64,000 nt of DNA. Origin: Paragordius varius. Lineage: Eukaryota; Animalia; Nematomorpha. The stretch spans positions 3,348,001 through 3,412,000 of the forward strand of contig OZ176050.1 of assembly GCA_964247055.1 (NCBI GenBank), given 5' to 3'. The position numbers were made by a program, and so were the translations under genes. This document shows, in pieces, positions 50,267 to 62,537 of the stretch (position 1 is its first letter; every line of letters starts with the position of its first letter). The notes below the pieces were generated by a model. It worked only from the letters and a program-made list of their open reading frames with translations. It was not told the origin of the DNA and ran no database searches.

Positions 50267-53200
50267 ATGTACGTTCTATTTGTCGGATTACTATATACAT
50301 TGGTTCGTTGTATATCTAATCAAGGTAAGTTATACGCTCTTATATTCTTTCGAGAAATATAATTTATGAAGATTATTTTGTCGTACATTTATTTATAATA
50401 CCCAATTAAAAATGATATATACAAAGAACAGTTGGTATGATACATATATTTATAACCTATCAAATTAATGCAAACCTAATGTCAAACATAGATCAAAACC
50501 TTTAATAAAAATAACTTATATGCTGGTTGTTTCTAAATTATTACCTAAGGAAAATTAAAACTTGAAAAACAAATACTTGTTTTAATTATTTTTGGTAATT
50601 TTTGTCCCCCTTTTTTTATTAATTCTTAGGTTTTCCTCCAAATTTCGTCAGTGTTATAAAAAACTCCATAAATGCGGTTTCTTTATCAAAAATGGATAGG
50701 TCTTTTTAAACTAATAATGACTAATTTAATATGTGTGCGCAGATATTACTTGTAATAGCCTCGGCTTTTATATGTGAATGACATTAGAAAAAACTCTAAA
50801 ACTAAAGGACATTTATTTGAAAAAAAAGACCATATTTTTAATAATTTTTTAAATTCAACTTATACTTTGGGTTACGATAAGAGGATTATCAAAAATTTAA
50901 ATTGTAAAAACACTCAATTAGGCAATTTTAAAATATATAGTATTTATTTAAGGTTCAAGATTTTAAAAAGTATGGCTGTCTTCAAAAAATATATTTTCTT
51001 TAGTTTTTACGTTTTGTCTGAATAAAATTGTTACATAAAATTTTTTAAAGTCACCAAATTAATAAATGCGAAGGCGTAATCTATAAATGTAATTCTTAAC
51101 TATGTTCAATTTGAATGTATAAATATCATTCAATTCCTATATATTTATAGAAGTTGCGACTACAACTGCACCACCACTACCTAATCCAATCCAGATTATA
51201 TCTGATTATTTGGAAAAAACGTAAGTCGTGTTTATAAATAATATTTATTTTATAAATTATCATTCAATAAACTAATATTCTATGCATTATACATATAGAC
51301 GTTATTCTTCTCGAAGAGTCGCCATTGTTAATGTAAGTTGGAAAAGTTTTAATTTTTATATGTTATTAACTGATAATTTAAACACTTAAAAATTTTTTGC
51401 ATTTAAAACGGATATATACTAAAAAGGTAAAATGTTAGCGATAATGCAATCAACACAAACCTCTATTTGATTTAAGGTAATCGCGTGGCGCACATTTCTG
51501 ACGCCCCCTGCCCCTCCATGCGACTCCTTGTCTTTTTAAAAAAATAATCATAATTCAAACAGTAGTCATGATTGCTCATAAATGGGTGATTTTATTTAAA
51601 ATAACCTTTTTAAAATAAAATTAAAAATTTTTAAAAATCATGCGCCCCTTCAACTATAGTGCCTGTGCATTAACCCCTCCCCCCCTCTAACCAGGCCACT
51701 GAGGTAATTATATGAGGGATATGTAATTTAAAGCACATAGTTTTTAAATCAATAAAACGTATGAGTCATATTGCATTTTGGACAAATCAAAAATAGATTA
51801 TCATTTTGAAAGCCTATTTTATTACTATCCAAATTATATAATCTGTTTTTTACAACTAATTGTATGGACAAATGAGTTTGTTTTATATACAATTTAATGT
51901 TTTTGAAAGTCTGTTATAACCAAGTTATTAAAAATAGGTTGAATTAGGAAAAACATGGCGAGTTTTTCCCCTGAATGAATCATATCCAATGTGTTTTATG
52001 AGATACCGAGAAAATGGTGAGGATTGTTTTGAAATGAAAAGCCATTCTTTCAGTTTTTATGCGGATGCTATTAGAAAGGTGATACAAATATTACACATAA
52101 AAAATTATTATAAATATAATATATCGCTTTTTTATATGATAAAAATAAACAAACAAATTAGGTAATATATATATATATATATACTTCCTGACCTTTTGGG
52201 GTAGATATCCTAAAGAGATTTAAAATTTGAATATAAAAATATAAGGCATTAAGCCGAATTAAAAATATGATTTTTTTAATAGGCGCATAATGCAAAATAA
52301 TTTTAAAAGGCGAAGCTGTAAATCTTATCTCAAACTTCTCCGCCGCTTTTATAGTTAGAATATATTATTGACTCTAATAAGCATTCTGGTTCATTTTACC
52401 AGAAACTTTTTGTTGATTTTAAAATTAGCTCTTTAGATCGATCGTGTTTTGAAGCTGTCCCAATTTAAGACGCTAGCACTTGTAAAAACTGTGAAAAATA
52501 TAAGCTTTTTTTATATAATCCAGGAGAATGTTCGACAACTAAATTTTAATTAATATAACTTTCAAAGCAGTTTTTTAGATATAAGATTGAGCTTTAGAAT
52601 ACACAAAACTACCCAAATATGTCATGGAGGACAAAAATAATGAAATGAGTCATGAAGTGTTATATAAGCTTGTTATCTCAGGAAACTATAAAAACGTTAA
52701 GCAATACAATTAATAAATACATTTAGATCCAAGCCCAAAACATTGATGGTACTGTCCTGGCTAAAGAATTTTATGAAAATTTTTATGTCGTAAAAATTCT
52801 TCACTCACAATCTGGTGGCTTAATGACTCTTGATGCTCCACAAACTACAGATACTTCTAGCACTATAACACGCTCTTTTCGCAAATTCCTAAGTGTTGAA
52901 CCCAGTAATTAATACAGTATGAGTGAATATATTGCTGGTTTTCATTGCATAATTGCCCGATACCATGTACAGCAAAGATCATTATTATTAGCTAATAGCA
53001 GAAATTGGAAAAATAACTTTAAGCCAATAATATTCCATTTACTATATATATACTGGCATTATTTAATAAAACCTAGCAAATATACTTTTACTCATACTGT
53101 AAAATCACTCATATCAAAAGCTTATTCGTATTTCATATACTATCCATGGAAGTCTTTGAAACTAACTTGGATGGCAAAATGTTTGCAAATTTTAACTAGA

Positions 53201-54976
53201 AGTGATTTAACAATACAGATAGAATCAATGACAGAATTAAATGCCATGCTTTTAAATACAGTTTAGAGTCTCTTTTTTCCTTTTTTATTAAAGAGTAGGG
53301 ACTTAAATTTTATGGTAAGTATCCTCAAGTGTCATGCTTTTAAAAGGCCATCATATATGCGAAGGGTTTAAAAAACTATTTAGTAATATCCTTTGGCTAT
53401 GGTAAAAATTAAATTTTGCACAGATAGGCGTCTTTTTCAAAAAAAAGGTTAATTATTAATATTATGTTATTATCGGGTTAAATTATTTGGGGTCCTTAAA
53501 TTTAGTTTTATACCAAAAGAAAATAAACGACCCAAAAAAAATAAATTAAAATTCTAACAGCCTCTGTATTTTTCAATGTTCATTTTAAATATTCATTCAA
53601 TGACGCGATTATTATCTTTGTTTCCTGTTTAGATCAATACTATAATATGAAAGATATTTGCGCCTTTTTGACTGAATCCGATACTTATAATCTCTATAAT
53701 GATGGTGTATTATACAGGTAATATTGTAATCGACATAAATTATTATACAAAAGGATATTATTTTTTTAATATAATACAACTCATTAAGTATTCCACCAAT
53801 ATTTTATACTATGGCAAACAATTTAACGTTAAAATTTTTGGCATAAAAAAAACTCACAAAAATATACAAGTAAACTTTTTCTCCAATAAATAGTGGTGTA
53901 AATTTGGTGCGCATTAATAATACAGTGTATGAAGGGATTGCCTCTCGATATTCATCGGGCAGTTTGGAGGAGGTAAGGATTGTTAATGATTTTACGCCAT
54001 TTAATCCTGACGCTATTAAAGACTATGCCAATGATGAGGAAAATGTTGAAATTGCTTTAAATGAGGTCATTATTTAGTTAAATAAAAGTTTTTTTAACTT
54101 ATTTAATTCATTAATAAGCCAAATAAACATTTCATATATATATATATATATATGCCGTTTACGCTGATAATTTCATTTTCTTGCACTTTTATAATCTAGA
54201 ACCCTTTATTGATTTACAAAAATTTTGGATAAAATATTTAATAACTGATCGATATTTAATTAAAAAAATAAAAGCTAATTTAATTTTTAAGTGTTTTCTT
54301 TGTCATCACGCGACACATACTTAGTAATAAATTATCGTCAAAACCTACATTCTCACAAATGATTATAAAAACAATATTTTAATAACAAATACGGTCTTAA
54401 ACCCATTTTCGTCATTATGTAACTATACAAGAGGGTTAATTGCTAATTTAATACCGATTTAGCGTGATAAATTAAAACTACCAATTACTATGGCTTGTTA
54501 ATTTTGGCAATATAATTTTAGAAATTAAATTGCTATTTTTATTTATTTTTAATTATTTCTCAACAAATATAAACATTTTGTATTTTAAAGGTAACATTTG
54601 ATGCTGCTGGACCCTATAACCATCTATCTATCGTCAATCTTTTTAACAATTCTGTAATCAATTTGCAAGCCAGCAAACAAAAAAAAGTATGTTTCCCTCA
54701 TTAAACAATCCTAAAATATATATAATTTTTATAATGCAATGCATATAGATTGTGGTCCATCAAAATATTAGTGGTGTGAAAGTAAGCATTACAAAAGAGG
54801 ATGATCAAGTTGATACTACTTTTTACAAAAACTATGTCGTTTTAAGCTTCCAAAAATGGGTCGCCAACGTACCAAGATCCGAGCAATCAGTATCATTGAG
54901 AGGGCAAGTCGTTTTATATAAGAAGAACGCAATCAAGACATGTGATAATACCATTAAAGCAATTACATTTTATTAA
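50267..54976 (+). CDS. Unrecognised secreted protein, 353 aa, 9 exons, N-terminal signal peptide
   Basis: Exons 50267-50324, 51151-51220, 51299-51332, 51938-52078, 52727-52904, 53633-53717, 53894-54065, 54591-54686, 54749-54976. All GT-AG and phase-compatible, 1062 nt including TAA; AATAAA lies just downstream (~54983). Starts MYVLFVGLLYTLVRCISNQEVATTTAPPLPNPIQ…, ends …KNAIKTCDNTIKAITFY*. Exons 1-6 are conserved and open in the paralog at 60721+. An alternative same-phase donor exists at 53972 (GAG|gtaagg). Confidence 0.85.
52915..53099. mobile_element. ~185-bp TA-target MITE in intron 5 of the secreted-protein gene (also 63262-63450)
   Basis: TA|CAGTATGAGT…ACTCATACTG|TA, ~30-bp imperfect TIRs. 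Confidence 0.7.
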
Positions 54977-55555
54977 AAGACAATAAAATACCATGGGGCC
55001 TTATAGTTAATTATACAAATAATCAAAATTAAAATATTATAGCATAAATCGATACATATCCATAGTAATTTAATACATAAAAAAATAAATTAGAATGATC
55101 TTGTAATTTGTCTTGGTATTTCATTCCAACTCTTTTTTGAAAAGGTACATTAAATTATGATATGCACGTAGAATAAGTCATAAACCAGTATCATCATGTC
55201 AATTAAAGTTATTAGTTTTTATTCGAAAGATGATACAAAAAGCTATTGTGCGTCTATAATTCTACATTTGTAAATAAATTAAGCGCATATTTTTTTTTAA
55301 TTTTTAAAGTATAAAATTTGATGTTTGAATATTTAAATTTGATTGTATCACAATATTTTCTAGTTCTCATTAAAATAGAATAATTGTTGTTCAAATTATT
55401 TAAAAGATCTGACCATACGATAACATTTTTCTTATATACAAAATTAACATTTTAAAAAAATTTTAATTGTTTACCTTAAAGACTTAAAAACCATAGACAT
55501 GTTATATGGTATTTACGGAGTTTTTTTTAATCTGTAGATTAAGATTTACCTTATT

Positions 55556-56581
55556 AACGCTTCGCAAATTGGGGTATATAAATAGCCCACACTATTTTAA
55601 ATTGATATTAAAAAACTACTGAAAGAAACTGTCCTTTCCATCCTATTAAATATATATATTTATAAAAATGGAAAATGCTGGCTTTGTGATCTGTTTCCGG
55701 AAAACCGGTGGACCCATTCAAATCCAAATATCGAAAAAAATAATCATTAATGAATGCCCCGACAATAGCTTCGCCCTTTTTTTAATTAGGCCCCTAGTTC
55801 GGGCCCACCCCGTGAACGGGTTTTTTTGAAAACAGAAGTCCACAAAAATCGTGTCTTTGAGACAATTTTCCGGAGAACGTTTTGGATCATTCAATATCAA
55901 ATATAAATTTCGTTTACTTATTTTCGATTGCGCCGAACATAGTCCGCTCGCTTTTTTAATTTAGGCCCTCTTTTTACCCCCCCCCCCTCCGTAAAATACC
56001 ATTTATTTAAAAAAAACAAAGTCCACAAAAATAATTTTTTAAATCTATTTTACCCCCCAAGTAAACAATAAATTAGTATGAGTGCACCGTTTTAAAATTT
56101 CTATGAGATCATAGCTAGAGATTTACGCTAGTATTATATATAAGCCGAAATATCTAATTAAAAATTAGTTTTCAAAAAAGTTCCATATCAAACAACTTCA
56201 GCACCATTTTTATTTTTAAACATTTCGCAAAATATCGTGTTTTTATTTAATTCTATTGCGAAAATTTAGTCACCTTTTTAATTAAAATCACATATAACAT
56301 TATTATAAACATAAAAAATGGTATATTTTCCATTATTTTTATATTTAGCTTATGCACACATGTCATGTTTTACCTTTGGGTTTTACCTCTGAATATGTAA
56401 TATCAAGTATTTTTGAATGAATTTTTTTTATATTTTGGTGCGTTAATGTTATATAAGTAAAAACTTTTGACATGGTTTCGATTCCTTCCATATTTGTAGC
56501 ATTTCATTTTAAACAGGCCTCGGGTATCCAACTATCCCAATTAGAATCGAAGGACTGAAATGAATGTGTTGTATCCAAGTG
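55556..56581 (-). mobile_element. TTAA MITE copy interrupted by a Helitron
   Basis: Ends gtatccaagtg|ttaa; a further decayed copy follows at ~56980-57367. Confidence 0.65.
55641..56131 (+). mobile_element. Non-autonomous Helitron nested in a TTAA MITE
   Basis: A|TC…CTAG|T termini with no TSD; host MITE sequence resumes on both sides; body shared with the 38005 and 49106 copies. Confidence 0.7.
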
Positions 56582-58049
56582 TTAATTAAGGAAATAAACT
56601 TCTAAAACATAGATTGTATATTGGAGCCTACTCAGAAAAATGTAAAATACGGTGTATCAAGTTTATCATTTATATTTCTAAAAATTTTGAAGTAACTTAC
56701 AAATAATTTTACAATATCTTAATTTTTAAAAAAACCCATAGAGTTTAGCGTCTAAGTCAGTTGTCTAAAACAGAGAAAAATGAGGCAAACTATATATGTC
56801 ATTCTAACGGCGGCCCCACAGATTTCACAAAAATATCAAAATTTTATCATGTAATGTTGAATTAGCGGTATAGCGGTTCACAACACATTATCATGTTTGT
56901 TAGTTAGTTCCAATATGGTAAAAACAAGGATGTCGCCAATTTATATAATGTGATATTAATTTCCATTTATTTAGCTTTAACAGTCAAGTATTCGGTACTA
57001 ATTTATGTTAAGTCAAGAATTTAGTTTAGAAAAGCTCCATATCAAACTAAGACGCCATATTCGCTTCACAACTTTTTAGCAAGATATCGTGTTTTTTAAC
57101 ACTAAAATTAGAGTTATTATTTGTTAAAAACACATATGTAGTCAGAAAAAGTGGTGTTTGCATTATTTTCATATTTAGACAATAACATGTCATGTTGGCT
57201 AAATTTTTACTTTCGGGTTATTTCGGTGAAACCTATATAAGTGCAAACTTTTGCAATGCCTTTGATTTATTCCATATTTTTTGAAATATATTTTTTTGTA
57301 AACAGTTCTGGGGTCACTCGTTATCCAATTCGAATCAAAGGACATATCAATGTGTTGCATTCAAGTGTTAAATCAAAAGCATATACATATAGTTATAAAA
57401 AAAATTTGAATGGGTTAAGGGTTATCGTTTAAATTAACAATTTGGGAAAATCCTAAATTTTCAAAACCTCCGGTTCCGTGGCTTAGGAATACTCGACAAT
57501 TATGCAAGCTAAATTTATTTTATCCATATCATATTTGTCATTTAATTTATGACATTTGATATCACCTGCCCATACAACCATTTTTCAATCAGCAATATTT
57601 ACACATCACGTATAAATTCATAAATTTTGATACCCATAATTATAAGCAATTATTTATTATAATTTATTACGAATAAAATTTTATCAGATTGCAAATAACT
57701 CACCGAAATCAGTGGCCAATTAATTTTATTTTAAATGTTATGTGCGAGATAATTCCTAACTAAACGGACCGCAGGCCGCATACGGTCCTTCAAAAAAAAT
57801 TTATGGCCTTCGAAAATTTGGAAAAAACATTTAAACAAACATTTAATAAAAATGATTCTCAATCATGAGTTGGATATAGCCCAAAAAAAACAAGAAATAT
57901 TTTAAAGTGAATTTAGAATGTTTAAGGATGAGTTCAAAATCGAGGGTAATTTTGCAATGATTAAAGAATTTTAGATGTAATAAGGCTTAAATGGTATATA
58001 TGCGTAGCAATAAAATAAAATCATCTTATTTTATTAGTCAAAATAAGCG

Positions 58050-58094
<45 letters not shown>

Positions 58095-58170
58095 AAAAAA
58101 TAAATAAAACCCATAATCACTAAATGTTACGCTAGTTTTAATACAGTAACTCTAAAATATTTATCTGGGT

Positions 58171-60409
58171 TTTTGTTGTTGTTGTTGTTGCTAAAGTCGA
58201 TTCCGACTAACTGCAACATTGAAAATACAACTTCTCCATTCATTGCGAATACAAGATCTGGCATTTAGTTCGGATAATTTTTGGTTGGTTTCTTTGAGCA
58301 TGTTATCCCTCCAACCAGTTATTCTTCCTCTTTTACGAGCACCACTCACTTTTCCCAGCATCCGTGACTTTTCAGGTGAGTTAGATCTTATTATGCGGCA
58401 AAGGATAGTTTTTGCCGTATAGGCTGCCCAGTAGTGACATTTCCGAATTTATTTAAAATAGTGGTGTTAGTTTTGTCTGTCCATTTTATTTGGAGAAATT
58501 TCCTTTAAATATATAATCCGAAATTTATTATTCGTTCGTCATATTTTTTCAGCGTCTAGCTTCCCCCTCCACCCCCTATAGGAGGGGAAAACTGTTGCCT
58601 TGATGAATCTAATTTTTGGCCTTTACTTTGATGTCATGCGACGTCCAATCTTGTTGTATTTGAATGAACTCATTTTGCAATGGCAATTCTTCGTTTTATT
58701 TCTGGAATAGAATTGTTGTCATTGTTTATAATGATGCCCAAATACGTGTAACTGTTTAACGTTTCACTCTAATTACCATTGAGGATTTTTGAGTTGGTTG
58801 TTTGAGCCGGGTGTATTTGTATTACTTTTGTTTATTTAAAGTTGATTTATCGCATTTAGCTGATAGCGCTCAACAACCAGTGCCCAAAGTCCTAAAAATA
58901 ACACAAGTTTGGCTAAATACCTTCTTTAACACGAATTATTAATTTAGGCTGGCTTTCGAAAAGAAAGAGGATGCCGAAAGATATGCAATATGAGGTGGAT
59001 ACTAGAAAAACATATCGAATTCAACAAAGAACTGCACATGTGCTTTGGCGATTTTTCCAAAGCATTTAATTCCATCTAACACAATAAATTACGAACACTA
59101 AAAGAACTTGGAGTATCAACCCATCTAATCAACGTCATATTCTCAATTTACTTAAATTCCACGGCTGTAAGTCTACACCTCACGGTATAACTGATTCATC
59201 TAAGGTGAAAGTCGGCTTACGCTAAGGATGCATTTTATCCCCTTTAACGCATATCTCGAATGCATACTATAAAACATGCCAGCTTATGGCAACGTATGAG
59301 GAATACTCACATCCGTTCATTACGCAGATGACACAGCTATTTTCACGGACAGTGTAGACACATTATCGCAAGTTCTGCAATTGCGATAGTTGTCGCCCTG
59401 TTCTGGATTACCTTTTTGTAAAATAGGAATCATAATTTATTTACATCAATCATCAGGAATCGTTTCAATATCAAATATATGATTTTGGAATAATTCGGTG
59501 AGCATATCGACCGGAATATATTTGATTAATTCAGTAGGGATGTCTCTGTCTCCCTCTGATATGCCGATATTAGAGTGTTTTATAACATATTCAACTTCTT
59601 CTTTCAATATAGGTGGGTCTTTTGAGTAGGTTCGTTGATATTCTTAGGGTTATTTACTTCGTATAGTTTACTTATTAAACCAAAGTTTGCGGATTTCGTG
59701 TTTTTCAGTGACGATTGAGTTGTTTCGTTATGATAGGTCCCTTGTAGGAAGTTTATTGGTGTGAAATAATATTATTTGTATGGGCAAAAAGATTTCGGTT
59801 ATTTTTGGCGTCTGTTTCCAATTTTTTACACAGTTGGTCATAATTATTTTTGTCCTCTCTTGCACTTTTGAAATTCACTCTTTAGTTGTTCGTATTCATC
59901 CCATTTGCATAAGTTTTTGGAACGTCTACATTTTTCTGCGATCTCAAGACTTTTTGCTGACAATTTTATTTTTTTTAGTATGTTTGAGAGGCTGTATAAA
60001 TTCGCCGGCTCTCTGCAATGTGTGTATCGCGTACCAAAAGGAATTTAGATAGTCAGAGTTTCGGAATTATGATCAACACAATCGAAACGATTTGATAAAG
60101 CGGCGCTAAACTTGTCGTCGATTGTGTCATAATCTAATTTTGTTCTGATGAGTCTGGATATTTTGGGAAGTTGTAATTTAATATAGAGTTTGGCAATCAA
60201 TAGGTTGTAATCGCTGTAGCAATCCGATCCCGGCAGGCATTTAACATTATGAAATGAACTTTTATATTTAACCATCCCTAATAGGAAGTCAATATGGTAA
60301 CGGTATCTTTAACACGGGGAACGCCATGTTTTTAAACGTCGTTTAGGTTGTTTAAAAAGGTGCTTGAGACGAAGAAACTGGTTAGGACAGTATTCGATCT
60401 ATCTCCTCG
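58171..60409 (-). mobile_element. Second RTE-like LINE, 5'-truncated, decayed, with the RT core (~58870-59393) inverted
   Basis: Minus: STFFKQPKRRLKTWRSP…IDFLL…CLPGSDCYSDYNLL; IPILQKGNPEQGDNYR; SYTYLGIIINNDNNSIPEIKRRIAIAK; (CAA)n tail at 58175-58190. Plus: AGFRKERG…WILEKHIEFNKELHMCFGDFSKAFNSI…GCILSP…HYADDTAIF. Absent from the paralogous site at ~49940. Confidence 0.88.
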
Positions 60410-60720
60410 ACACCATTATGCTTTGATGCTAAACCCTTATAATTTATATATCACTTAAAGAAACGAACTATAAGAAAGTTTATGCAATGTCAACATTACT
60501 TAAATAAATATTTGTTACTTATATATATTTATTTAAAATACATGCTAATTGTCGTTTCATCTGTTTAAAACTTTTTTTTACAAAAATTTGCCCTTGAAAT
60601 ACTGGATTCAACTTGAATATTATCGATAATTTATTTGTCAACTTCATAATAACATATAAAATAAAATTAGGGATGCCCCATAATTTATTAGTTTTTACTT
60701 TATTTTAATTTTAAATAAAA

Positions 60721-62499
60721 ATGTACGTTCTATTTGTCGGATTACTATGTACATTGGTCCGTTGTATCTTTAATCAAGGTGAGATTTTACGCTATATTCT
60801 TACTTTTTTAATTATTTATAATATCAATTAAAAATGATATCAAGGAACAGTTGGTATCATACATATATTTATAACCTATCAAATTTACGCAAACCGAATG
60901 TCAAACATAGATCAAAACCTTCATAAAGATGACTTTTTCATTGGTTTTTTCTTTACTAAAAATCAAAACCCAAAAAACAAATACTTTGATTTATTTTTTT
61001 TGATTTATGTTTATGTAAAATTACATCAGTGATATATTAATCTAAATATCGTGGCTTTATCAAAAAGGATAGGTCATTTTAAATCTAATAACTCTTATTA
61101 TTATGTGTGCGCAGATATTTTTTGTATTTGACTCAGCATTTTAGATGTTAACGACAGTAGTAAAATATTAGAAAAAAATAACAGCTGAAGCTTAAATAAA
61201 AAAAGACCATTAGTTATCAAATTTAACATCGGTTTAGGTTGCGATCGGAGGATTATTAGAAATTTAAAGAAATATCAAGATTTTAAAAAGTATGGCTGTC
61301 TTTAAAAAAATATTCCTTTAGTATTTATGTCTGTATTAATGAATCGTAACATAAAAATTTTCAAAATCTCCAAATCAATAAATGCGAAGGCGCAGTCTAA
61401 ATGTAATTCCTAACTAAGTTCAATTTTTTTGAACGTATAAATATCATTCAGTTTCTATATATTTATAGAAGTTGCGACTACAACTGCACCACCACCACCT
61501 AATCCAATCCAAATTATATCTGATTATTTGGAAAAAACGTAAGTCGTTTTCATAAATACTATTTATTTCATAAATTATCATTCAATAAACTAATATTCTA
61601 TATATTACACATATAGACGTTATTCTTCTCGAAGAGTAGCCATTGTTAATGTAAGTTTTAAAAGTTTTAATTTTAATATGTTATTAACTGATAATTTACA
61701 CACTTATAAATTTTTTGCATTTAAAACGGAGATATACTAAAAAGGTAAAATGTTAGCGATATGTCAATCAACACAAACCTCTATTTGATTTGATGTAATC
61801 GCGTGGCGCACATTTCTGGCGCCCGGTGCATGAATTCGTGATGGCGCCCCCTACTTCTCCATGCGACTCCTTGCATTTTGAAAAAATAATCATAATTCAA
61901 ACAGTAGTCAGGATTGCTCATAAATGGGTGATTTTTGTTTAAAATAACCTTTTTGAAATAAAATTAAAAAATTTAATAATCATGCGCCCTTTCAACTATG
62001 GCGCCTGGTGCATTAACCCCCTTCGCCCCTCTAACCAGGCCACTGAGGTAATTATATGAGTGATATGTAATTTAAATCACTTAGTTTTTAAATCAAACGT
62101 ATGAGTCATATTGCATTTTGGACAAATAAAAAATAGATTATCATTTTGAAAGCCTATTTTATTACTATCCAAATTATATCATCTGTTTTTTACAACTAAT
62201 TGTATGGACAAATGAGTTTGTTTTATATACAATTTAATGTTTTTGAAAATCTGTTATAACCAAGTTATTAAAAATAGGTTGAATTAGGAAAAACATGGCG
62301 AGTTTTTCCCCTGAATGAATCATATCCAATGTGTTTTATGAGATACCGAGAAAATGGTGAGGATTGTTTTGAAATGAAAAGCCATTCTTTCAGTTTTTAT
62401 GCGGATGCTATTAGAAAGGTACAAATATTACACATAAAAAATTATTATAAATATAATATATCGCTTTTTTATATGATAAAAATAAACAAACAAATTAGG

Positions 62500-62537
<38 letters not shown>

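Noticed and set aside
52919-53266. 115-aa plus-strand ORF, the longest non-transposon ORF in the right half
   Set aside because: It starts inside a TA-flanked MITE in intron 5 of the secreted-protein gene, and the paralog has indels and a stop (63262-63600).
53294-53314. Strong-looking donor ATG|gtaagt with an upstream pyrimidine tract in intron 5 of the secreted gene
   Set aside because: The candidate exon has an in-frame TAG in the required phase, and its acceptor is not conserved in the paralog.
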